A stretch of DNA of 64,000 nucleotides from assembly GCA_965247115.1 (NCBI GenBank), contig CBDFGR010000002.1, forward strand, positions 448,001 to 512,000, in the 5' to 3' direction. Under the pieces are notes generated by a model. It had not been told where the DNA came from and ran no database searches. It saw only the letters and a program-made list of their open reading frames with translations. This stretch comes from Myxococcota bacterium. Lineage in GTDB: Bacteria > Myxococcota_A > UBA9160 > SZUA-336. Positions 10,146 to 17,808 of this stretch are shown here, piece after piece. The translations under genes and the position numbers were made by a program. How positions within the stretch are numbered: the stretch's first letter is position 1; each line of letters opens with the position of its first letter.

Positions 10146-10904
10146 ATGGTGGAGCATAGGCCCCCGGACCCGAAACCTGCGCCGTCCGGCTACAGATCCG
10201 CGCTCTGGCGCGCGTTGCTGGCGGTCCTGGCGATCGCCGCCCTCGTCTTCCTCGGCCGACAAGCCGGCGGCGCTCTCCAGCAGTTCGCTACCTGGATAGA
10301 CGCGCTCGGCGTCTGGGGACCGCTCGCCTTCATGCTGGGGTACGCGATCGCCACCCTCGCCTTCATCCCGGGCTCACTCCTGACCCTCGCCGCAGGGGCG
10401 ATCTTTGGAATCGCCTGGGGAACGCTCTACGTGTTCGTCGCTGCGAGCGTGGGCGCGTGCGCCGCATTCCTCGTAGCTCGCTATGTGGCGCGGGGCACGA
10501 TCGAGCGCAGGCTCGAGGGAAACCCGAAGTTCGCCGCGATCGACAAGGCAGTCGGCGGAGAAGGCCGCAAGATCGTCACGCTACTGCGCCTGTCGCCGGT
10601 CTTCCCGTTCAACCTGCTGAACTATGCGCTCGGACTAACCCAGGTGGGCTTCGGCGACTACGCCGTCGCATGCCTCGGAATGCTGCCTGGCACGCTCCTC
10701 TATGTGTACACCGGCTCGCTCGCAGGAGACCTCGCGGCTGCCGTCTCCGGCGCCAGTACCAGCCCTAGCGGACCTGGACACTGGGCGCTCCTGGTCGTGG
10801 GGCTGGCCGCGACCGCAGCCGTGACCATCCTCGTGACCCGCGTGGCTCGTCGAGCCCTGCAAGAGGTCACGGGAGAGGTGGAGGACTCCGCCGAGCGCGC
10901 CTAG
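10146..10904 (+). CDS. TVP38/TMEM64 (VTT/DedA-like) membrane protein
   Basis: LLRLSPVFPFNLLNYALG motif; multiple TM segments. Confidence 0.9.
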   Translation: MVEHRPPDPKPAPSGYRSALWRALLAVLAIAALVFLGRQAGGALQQFATWIDALGVWGPLAFMLGYAIATLAFIPGSLLTLAAGAIFGIAWGTLYVFVAASVGACAAFLVARYVARGTIERRLEGNPKFAAIDKAVGGEGRKIVTLLRLSPVFPFNLLNYALGLTQVGFGDYAVACLGMLPGTLLYVYTGSLAGDLAAAVSGASTSPSGPGHWALLVVGLAATAAVTILVTRVARRALQEVTGEVEDSAERA

Positions 10905-12184
10905 CGCTCGGACGTCAACCCGGCGAAAGCCGGATGGGAGGCGTCTCCCCGAGCCAGGATCAATGCGTAGAGAAAAGGCGGCGAGGCGGGCGCAAGGCGA
11001 CCGTTCACCAGCACCATGGGCGTTCCCCGTAACCCCTCCGCGAGCGCCCAGTCGATATCGTCCTGCAGCTTCGCCTTCGTAGCCGCGGAATCCATACAGG
11101 CCACCAGTGCGCGAGCCTCGGTGTAGCGGGCGGCGAGTGAGACGACCTGCTCCGCGCTGAGCGTCTCCTGATTCCGGAACAGGTCGCTCGAGTAGGCGAA
11201 GGCGTCCGGGGTTGCCTCCATGCAGATGCGCGCGAGCGCCGCTCGGCAACGCACGCTGTCGCCGGGCCCTCGCGGGGGGCCGACAGCGTTGCACGCATTG
11301 TCGAGCGGAAACTGCCGCTCCTCCACGGAGAAAGAGCCGGCCGGCAGGCTCTGCTCCAGCGCCTCGAGCCCGCTGTGGAAGACAGCGCAGTGTCCGCAGA
11401 GCGTGTCCGTGAAGTCTGTGAGCCGAACCGGGGCCACGGGCGAGCCATGGAGTCCTCTGGCTGGACGTGGAGCCGGTACCGGGGTCTGTGAGAACGCTTC
11501 GAGCGCGGCGGCGAACGCCCGCTTGTCCGGGGGACCGAGATCGGCGACAAACTGTGCGAGACGTTCGTCGAGGCTGCCAGTCGCATCAGAGCTCAGCTCG
11601 AGGTCCGGGACCCGGCTCTCTACGGCTCCCAGTGGTGTCCGTGAGCCCGGGTAGAGCAGGACCACGAGGAACACGGCGGTCAGCGCCGCAGTCGCCGCCC
11701 CGCCTCGAGCCAGGTCGGCGGGCGCCAGACCGCGCGTCGTCGAGAAGACGACGCCGACGAAACCGCAGACGAGGAGGTACGTCAGCAGACAGTTGCCACA
11801 AATGGTCCCGGCCGCGATGGAGACGACCATGAGAACGAGTACCGCGACAGTGCCGGCCGCGGCCGTCGCGACCAGCATCCCGAGCAACAGCACCGATCGG
11901 CCCGCGCCCAGCAGTGCGACCGCCACCGCAAGCGCAACCAGCCCCCAGATCAGCCCCCAGCCCGCGATGGGGAGCCCAGTCGCGGTGTGGATCGCAGTCG
12001 CGAATCCGGAATCCCAGAGCGCGGTGCAGCTGGCGGCTTCTCCGAGGGGGCAGAAGACCTGCCCTCCGCTGCGCGAGCTGATCAGCTCGGTCCACAGGAA
12101 GAGCCCCCACAGCCCACTCGCGCTCGCGAGCGCGCAGAGGGCTACGAGTCCCGGCTTCCCTGGGCCGCGCACCGTGCTGGCCAT
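10901..12184 (-). CDS. VKOR-DsbA/thioredoxin fusion protein
   Basis: N-terminal TM VKOR with loop Cys pair and CGNC; C-terminal CGHC and GTP cis-Pro motif. Confidence 0.85.
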   Translation of the reverse strand: MASTVRGPGKPGLVALCALASASGLWGLFLWTELISSRSGGQVFCPLGEAASCTALWDSGFATAIHTATGLPIAGWGLIWGLVALAVAVALLGAGRSVLLLGMLVATAAAGTVAVLVLMVVSIAAGTICGNCLLTYLLVCGFVGVVFSTTRGLAPADLARGGAATAALTAVFLVVLLYPGSRTPLGAVESRVPDLELSSDATGSLDERLAQFVADLGPPDKRAFAAALEAFSQTPVPAPRPARGLHGSPVAPVRLTDFTDTLCGHCAVFHSGLEALEQSLPAGSFSVEERQFPLDNACNAVGPPRGPGDSVRCRAALARICMEATPDAFAYSSDLFRNQETLSAEQVVSLAARYTEARALVACMDSAATKAKLQDDIDWALAEGLRGTPMVLVNGRLAPASPPFLYALILARGDASHPAFAGLTSER

Positions 12185-12334
12185 CCGATCTCCTTCGCGA
12201 GATGCAGAACGAAGCTCGAATCTACCGAAACGCAGCGGGCCCGCGCTGCCCCACCCCCAGGGAAGACGGGCGGAGCTTCTTTCCGGTCAGCTGCGTATGG
12301 CAGCCCGCAGAGCAGCGCTGCGGGCATTTCGGGC

Positions 12335-12350
12335 TGGCGCGTCGTTTGCA
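12335..12350 (+). promoter_or_regulatory. sigma54 (-24/-12) promoter
   Basis: TGGCGCG-TCGT-TTGCA vs consensus TGGCACG-N4-TTGCW, 25 bp before ATG 12376. Confidence 0.65.
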
Positions 12351-12375
12351 CCACCCAGCACTCAGCGAGGATGCA

Positions 12376-12672
12376 ATGACAGAACCAAGCCCACGCCAGC
12401 AAGCTGGCTATCTCAAGCGTCTCCTGCGCCGCGGCGAGATCGAGATCGTCGACTCCTCCAGCGGCCGCGCGGTATCCGCCCTCGTGAGCCTTTCCGGCCG
12501 TACGATTCGGATCACCCCGTCACCGGAGCGTCTGTTTGAAAGCACGACGACGGAGGGAGGGGACGAGAGCCGCTGGCAGCTCTTGTTCGGCCGGCTGCGC
12601 GAGTCTGTGACGCTGGAGGAAGCGGAGGAGCTGATCCGCGCGGTCGGGGACGAGCAACGGCGCAAGCGCTAG
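12376..12672 (+). CDS. Hypothetical protein (98 aa)
   Basis: ATG with GAGG RBS, upstream sigma54 site, globular-looking sequence. Confidence 0.6.
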   Translation: MTEPSPRQQAGYLKRLLRRGEIEIVDSSSGRAVSALVSLSGRTIRITPSPERLFESTTTEGGDESRWQLLFGRLRESVTLEEAEELIRAVGDEQRRKR

Positions 12673-13121
12673 CGGGCGTACATCCCCTGTAGCACCCAGG
12701 CGGCGGCCAGAAGACCGAGGCTCGCGCCCACGATCGCGGTCCATCCCGCCCGACGATGGAAGCGAGTCCGTGCGGCACCGAACTCGTGGGGGCGCTCCGA
12801 GAGCAACCCCAGCTTGAAGGCCTGGAAGAGCGCGACGACGCCGCCGAGCACCATGCACGCAATACACGCCTCGTGAAAGCGCAGCACCCAGACGTACGTA
12901 GGTGACCAGAGCTCCAGCTGCTCGCGTCCCAGGAACACGAGCTTCACGATGTAAGAGACGAGAAACAGGCCCACGAGCGACGCAGCGCTCAGCATGAAAC
13001 GCTGGTGTCGCCGTACCCGACGGCTGCGGATGGCGCGCACACCGGCGTACAGCAGGCTCGCGATGACGGCCATGTTGATCAGCGCGCCCGTCCAGTAGGC
13101 GGTCTTCGGATCGATCTGCAT
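12669..13121 (-). CDS. DUF420 family membrane protein
   Basis: HQRFMLSA..LVGLFLVSY and HRRAGW motifs; 4 TM. Confidence 0.8.
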   Translation of the reverse strand: MQIDPKTAYWTGALINMAVIASLLYAGVRAIRSRRVRRHQRFMLSAASLVGLFLVSYIVKLVFLGREQLELWSPTYVWVLRFHEACIACMVLGGVVALFQAFKLGLLSERPHEFGAARTRFHRRAGWTAIVGASLGLLAAAWVLQGMYAR

Positions 13122-13144
13122 TGTGCCCCTGTGGGGCCCGGCCC

Positions 13145-13253
13145 GTCTTGTGGGACCCGGGCCGCGGGCGGCCGCGGCCACCCACCTCCGCTCAGGCCTT
13201 CGGCCTTCGCTGCGCGCGCCGCTCGGGCGGCGCTTGCAGGGAGGTGCGTCGGG
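13145..13253. repeat. Dispersed ~110-bp structured intergenic repeat, copy 1
   Basis: Near-identical to 51816-51925; nested hairpins. Confidence 0.9.
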
Positions 13254-13351
13254 ATTCGGAGCTTATCGTCTCTTGGGCGAGATTCCGAACTTGGGGACGG
13301 TCCTCAATCCGAACTTCTTACCGGATCGGAACTTGGGGACGCGGAGGACTC

Positions 13352-14464
13352 TTACGGGGTGTAGGGAGGGGGGACGGGGTAGCCGGGGAGGGGTTGGGAG
13401 AGGATGCGCTGGTACCAGGGGGGGTCTACGTGGGGGGTGGCGCGGACGACGAGAACGGTGCCGACTGCGAGGACGAGAACCGCTGCCGCCACGGCGGCCC
13501 GGGACGCCCAGACGCGCCGGTGCAATCGAGCCTGGGAGACCGCGGTGGATACGCCGAAATCCGTCGGCGCCGCCAGGACGTCTTCTCGCCACAACCATGC
13601 TGCGATCTCGCCCTGGCAATCCGCAGAGGAGGGGTACAGGATCTTCCGCTCGAGCTTGCGACGCACCGCCGCCGCCGAGCCGCCGCGCTGGTTCGCGCGC
13701 GGCCGCAAGCAGCTGCGAACCAGACGGCTGAAGTGTCGCGCTGCGGCGGGGACGCGCTTTCGCAACGGGCGATAGCGCTCCTTCTCCATCCGTGCGAGCA
13801 AGGTCTCGGCTTCGTCGTCCTGTGGCCCCGGATAGGGAGTCTCACCAGCGACCATCTCGTAGCAGAGGATGCCGAAGGAGAACAGATCGCCCCGATGGTC
13901 GACCCGGGCACCCAGCATTTGCTCGGGCGGCATGTACGGTGGCGTGCCGATCATGATGCCGGGTTGGGTCAGCTTGGGCCCGGTCGGGTCGAGCGCGATC
14001 CCGAAGTCCGCGATCTTCACCTCGCCAGAACGTCCGAGGAGGATGTTCGCAGGCTTCAGGTCCCGGTGAACCGTGCCGCTGGAGTGAATCGCCTCGAGCC
14101 CGCGAATGATCTCGAGCGCGATGCGCCCCGCGATCTCCGGCGGAACGCGCTGCACCTTCTCCAGCACTCCGCGCAGGTCGATCCCGTCCACGTACTCTTG
14201 CGCAATGTATTGATCGCCGCGATACGTGAAGCAGTCGTAGACCGCTACCACGTTCTGATGGTGAACCTCTCCTGCCGCGTGGGCCTCGCGCCGAAAGCGC
14301 TCCAGGAACTCAGGCCCGCTGGCGAGGTCGTCGCGCAGCTTCTTCAGAACGGCAGCCCGCTCCAGCCCGTTTTGCCGACCGAGATAGACGACGCCCATTC
14401 CCCCGCGGCCGATCTCCTTCTCGACGGCGTAGTTCCCGAGAGTCTTCCGGCCGGCCTTGGCCAC
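13352..14464 (-). CDS. Hanks-type Ser/Thr protein kinase with C-terminal TM
   Basis: GRGGMG, HRDLKPAN, DFG, GTPPYMPPE. Confidence 0.95.
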   Translation of the reverse strand: MAKAGRKTLGNYAVEKEIGRGGMGVVYLGRQNGLERAAVLKKLRDDLASGPEFLERFRREAHAAGEVHHQNVVAVYDCFTYRGDQYIAQEYVDGIDLRGVLEKVQRVPPEIAGRIALEIIRGLEAIHSSGTVHRDLKPANILLGRSGEVKIADFGIALDPTGPKLTQPGIMIGTPPYMPPEQMLGARVDHRGDLFSFGILCYEMVAGETPYPGPQDDEAETLLARMEKERYRPLRKRVPAAARHFSRLVRSCLRPRANQRGGSAAAVRRKLERKILYPSSADCQGEIAAWLWREDVLAAPTDFGVSTAVSQARLHRRVWASRAAVAAAVLVLAVGTVLVVRATPHVDPPWYQRILSQPLPGYPVPPPYTP

Positions 14465-14862
14465 TACGGGACTGAGAATTCGGGCGGAGCGTGCTCCGTC
14501 TCTTCGAGCACGTACTGGAACACGTGGTCTCCGAGCTGGAACCGATCTCCGTGCTTGAGATCCGCTGCAGTGACTGGCGCGCCGTTCACGAGCACACCGT
14601 TGGTGCTGCCGAGGTCGAGCAGCCGATAGGCCTCGTCTGCGAGCTCCAACGCTGCGTGCTCGCGCGACATGGCCGGATCGTCAAAGGCGAGGTCTACGTC
14701 CGGACCGCGTCCCAGCGTCAGCCGTGCGGACATGAGCTGGTGCTCGCTGCCGGCAGCCCCCCCCGAGACCTGGACGATGGTCACCCGGACTCTGGCCAGA
14801 AAGGCGGATTCAAGGTCTTTGTCGCCTCGTCGCTGGATCTTGCGCGTAGTGCAGTCGCTCAT
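14464..14862 (-). CDS. FHA domain protein
   Basis: LGR, SREHA, DLGSTNG motifs; translationally coupled to the kinase. Confidence 0.9.
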   Translation of the reverse strand: MSDCTTRKIQRRGDKDLESAFLARVRVTIVQVSGGAAGSEHQLMSARLTLGRGPDVDLAFDDPAMSREHAALELADEAYRLLDLGSTNGVLVNGAPVTAADLKHGDRFQLGDHVFQYVLEETEHAPPEFSVP

Positions 14863-14892
14863 TCGGGTCCCTTCCACCTCCGCGTAGCCGAA

Positions 14893-14920
14893 AGATCGGC
14901 TTGCCAATTCTTGTACTTGA
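14893..14920 (-). promoter_or_regulatory. sigma28-like promoter of the FHA-kinase operon
   Basis: TCAAG-N15-GCCGATCT on minus strand. Confidence 0.65.
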
Positions 14921-14968
14921 GTGCCACGCTCGGGCGAGAGGTCAGCCAGAACGACGAGGAGACTTGCG

Positions 14969-15814
14969 ATGGAGTACGGCGTCACGCTCTTTCCGACCGA
15001 CTATTCGATAGGCCCCGCGGAGCTCGCAATCGCCGTCGAAGAGCGCGGCTTCGAGTCGGTCTGGTTTCCCGAACACACGCACATCCCGCTCTCCCGCAAG
15101 TCGCCCTGGCCGGGCGGCCCGGAGCTGCCAAAGATGTACTACGACGTCCTCGACCCGATCGTCGCGCTCTCCTGTGCCGCCTCCGTGACCCGAACCCTCA
15201 AGCTCGCGACCGGAATCTGCCTGGTGGTTCAGCGCGATCCCTTCCAGCTCGCGAAGGAGATCGCCAGCCTGGACCAGATCTCGGGCGGGCGCGTACTGCT
15301 GGGCGTGGGTGGAGGCTGGAACGCCGAAGAGATGGCAGATCACGGCACCGCGTTCGAGACCCGGTTCGCCCTGATGCGTGAGCGGATCGAGGCGATGAAG
15401 GTGATCTGGTCGGAGAGCAAGCCCGAGTACCACGGAGACTTCGTCGACTTCGACCCGATGATGACCTGGCCGAAGCCCGTGCAACAGCCGCACCCGCCCA
15501 TTCACGTGGGCGGGATCTTTCCGTACGGCGCGCGTCGCGCGATCCGCTACGGCGACGGCTGGATGCCGATCGGCGGTCGCGGTTCCGATCCGATTGCCTC
15601 GATGCCCGAGTTCCACGAGCTGGCCCGCAGGGCCGGACGCGACCCCGCGAAGCTCGAGGTCACGATATTCGCGCAGCGTCCCGACGAGCCCGAGCTGGGC
15701 CGGTGCGCCAACGCTGGCGTCTCACGCGTGGTCTTCGGCCTGCCGTCCGCGGCCCGGGACAAGATCCTTCCGCTCCTGGATCGCTGCACGGAGCTCAAGA
15801 ACAAAGTCGGCTAG
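14969..15814 (+). CDS. LLM-class (putative F420-dependent) oxidoreductase
   Basis: GFESVWFPEHTHIP, LDQISGGR, PKPVQQPHPPIHVGG. Confidence 0.9.
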   Translation: MEYGVTLFPTDYSIGPAELAIAVEERGFESVWFPEHTHIPLSRKSPWPGGPELPKMYYDVLDPIVALSCAASVTRTLKLATGICLVVQRDPFQLAKEIASLDQISGGRVLLGVGGGWNAEEMADHGTAFETRFALMRERIEAMKVIWSESKPEYHGDFVDFDPMMTWPKPVQQPHPPIHVGGIFPYGARRAIRYGDGWMPIGGRGSDPIASMPEFHELARRAGRDPAKLEVTIFAQRPDEPELGRCANAGVSRVVFGLPSAARDKILPLLDRCTELKNKVG

Positions 15815-15969
15815 GGCTCGTCGCGGCGCGGTGGATGTGCCAGCCCGAGAGCGCGGAGACGCCTCGCTCACGAGTGGCAGGGCGTCTCATGCAACGTCCG
15901 ACTGCATCCGGAGTCCCTCCCGCTCTCGCGTATCATGGAGCTCTGACAGCGCTCTGGAGGGAATCGCGA

Positions 15970-16803
15970 ATGAGCACGCTCGGGCTTCTGCACCCCGGCG
16001 CAATGGGCGTCACGGTGGGAGCGGCCGCTCTGTCCGGCGGGTCGCGAGTGGTTTGGGCTTCCGTGGGACGCAGCGCAGCGACACGGCAGCGGTCCGCAGA
16101 GGCGGGCCTGGAGGACGTCGGAGGTCTGGAGGGCTTGGTGGCAGAGAGCTCGGTGATTCTCAGCGTCTGCCCGCCAGCTGCGGCCGAGAAGCAGGCCAGA
16201 GCCGTCGCCGGACTTGGCTTCTCTGGCGTTTACGTCGACGCGAACGCGGTGTCGCCGCGCACGGCACGTACCATCTCCGGCGCCTTCGCGGATACGCCGG
16301 CCGAGTTCGTCGATGGCGGCATCATCGGCCCTCCCGCGCAGACCCGAGGCACGACGCGGCTCTACCTCTCCGGTCCCAGGGCCGCCGAGATCGCGAGTCT
16401 GTTTGCGGAGACGGCACTGGCGGCCCACGCGCTCGAAGCGCCGGCGGGTGCCGCGTCCGCACTCAAGATGGCGTACGCCTCCTACACCAAGGGAGTCACC
16501 GCCCTGCTCGCCGCGATTCACTCGCTAGCGGACGCGGAGGGCGTCCGTGACGCCTTGCTGCGCGAATGGGCCCAGTCTCAGCCCGACCTGGCGAAGCGCT
16601 CGGAACGCTCCATCCCGTCGAGCGCCCTCAAGGCTTGGCGCTTCGTTGCTGAGATGCGCGAGATCGCGTCGACGTTCGAGGCGGCCGGGCTTCCCGGTGA
16701 CTTTCATCGTGCCGCAGCCCAGATCTACGAGCGGCTCGCAGGCTTCAAGGACGCTCCAACGCCGCCGAGCGTGGACGAGGTGGCGAGGACCCTTCGGAGC
16801 TGA
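15970..16803 (+). CDS. NAD(P)-dependent 6PGD-like oxidoreductase (DUF1932)
   Basis: GLLHPGAMG Rossmann motif; ASALKMAYASYTKG; KAWRFVAEM. Confidence 0.85.
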   Translation: MSTLGLLHPGAMGVTVGAAALSGGSRVVWASVGRSAATRQRSAEAGLEDVGGLEGLVAESSVILSVCPPAAAEKQARAVAGLGFSGVYVDANAVSPRTARTISGAFADTPAEFVDGGIIGPPAQTRGTTRLYLSGPRAAEIASLFAETALAAHALEAPAGAASALKMAYASYTKGVTALLAAIHSLADAEGVRDALLREWAQSQPDLAKRSERSIPSSALKAWRFVAEMREIASTFEAAGLPGDFHRAAAQIYERLAGFKDAPTPPSVDEVARTLRS

Positions 16804-16837
16804 GCCTGGGAACGGGGTCGGAAAAAACTTGCTCGGG

Positions 16838-16853
16838 TGTGACGCAGCTCACA
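16838..16853. promoter_or_regulatory. CRP/FNR-family binding site
   Basis: Perfect TGTGA-CGCAGC-TCACA. Confidence 0.7.
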
Positions 16854-16887
16854 GCCAGGTTCCTCGGGATCGGCGAACATCTGGGAC

Positions 16888-17010
16888 ATGGCGAGGAGAA
16901 CACAGGCGAACCGAATATCCCTCTCGGGCACGCCGTCCGGCCATCTGCCGGAAGTTCTCCTGGCCTCCGGCGTCCTGATCTCCCTCATTGCGTGGATGAC
17001 CGGTACCTGA
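16888..17010 (+). CDS. Putative 40-aa single-TM small protein (not in ORF track)
   Basis: MARRTQANRISLSGTPSGHLPEVLLASGVLISLIAWMTGT; between the CRP-type site and the terminator. Confidence 0.5.
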   Translation: MARRTQANRISLSGTPSGHLPEVLLASGVLISLIAWMTGT

Positions 17011-17039
17011 CGAGGCGGCCCGAAAGGCTGCCCTCTTCC

Positions 17040-17079
17040 CCGCCCTCCGAGTAATCCCTCCTCGGAGGGCGGTTTTCTT
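17040..17079 (+). terminator. Rho-independent terminator
   Basis: 12-bp stem CCGCCCTCCGAG/CTCGGAGGGCGG followed by TTTTCTT. Confidence 0.85.
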
Positions 17080-17123
17080 GCGGGAGCAGGGCGTGGGCTG
17101 AGTTTTCCTTCTTGTGGGGACGC

Positions 17124-17151
17124 TCAAGACGCTGCTGTTTCGGGACGATAG
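17124..17151 (+). promoter_or_regulatory. sigma28-like promoter
   Basis: TCAAG-N15-GACGATAG, 7 bp before ATG 17159. Confidence 0.55.
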
Positions 17152-17158
17152 CGTCGGC

Positions 17159-17785
17159 ATGAAGGTCTATGTCTGGGCGTTGGGTTTGGTTGTCGGGGCG
17201 GGGTGTTCGTCGCTCGGTGGGGGGGAGGACCTGCGCTTGGAGCTCGAGCAATCGCAGCAGCAGGCGCAGCGACTGCAGCGGGATGTGGAGCGGCTGCATG
17301 CCGACATTCGGCAGGCGGAAGAGACGCTGATCACGATCGAGTCCGGGCTCAAGGGCGTACACACGCGGGCGGAGGCGGTATCCGCGCTGGCCGACTCGCG
17401 AATCCTGGTAGAGCGTGCTGCGAAGCTCGCACCCTGGAGGGCGACGAGCGCCCAGGAGGCGCGCGAGAAGCTGGTGGAGGCGGACAGACACGTACAAGCG
17501 GGCCACTTCGGTTCGGCCATCTTCTTCACGTCGAGGGCGCGCCGGATCGCATCCACGCTCATCCTGGAGGCAGAGGCCTTCACACAGGCTCGGAAGGTGC
17601 GCTACGTGAACGGCCCGAAGGCGAACCTGCGCTCGCAGCCCTCTACCGGCGGAAAGATCCTGGAGGTACTGGGCAAGGCGACGCCGGTGATCCCGGACCG
17701 GCTCGGCGGTAGCTGGATCCGGGTCCGGACTCCATCGGGCAGGGTGGGCTGGATCTACGCGAAGCTGCTCTCCGAGCAGCGCTGA
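17159..17785 (+). CDS. Lipoprotein with coiled coil and C-terminal SH3b domain
   Basis: Signal peptide with GAG-C lipobox; ANLRSQPS...WIRV...GWI SH3 pattern. Confidence 0.8.
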   Translation: MKVYVWALGLVVGAGCSSLGGGEDLRLELEQSQQQAQRLQRDVERLHADIRQAEETLITIESGLKGVHTRAEAVSALADSRILVERAAKLAPWRATSAQEAREKLVEADRHVQAGHFGSAIFFTSRARRIASTLILEAEAFTQARKVRYVNGPKANLRSQPSTGGKILEVLGKATPVIPDRLGGSWIRVRTPSGRVGWIYAKLLSEQR

Positions 17786-17808
17786 GGCTCTCCCGCTTCC
17801 AGCGGATC

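Noticed and set aside
10901..12184. VKOR-DsbA fusion as a novelty
   Set aside because: VKOR-thioredoxin-fold fusions are an established architecture; kept as a feature only.
17007..17040. Hammerhead-like CTGACGA...GAAA core
   Set aside because: Stem I cannot form and stems II/III would be only 2-3 bp; a simple GAAA-capped hairpin explains it.
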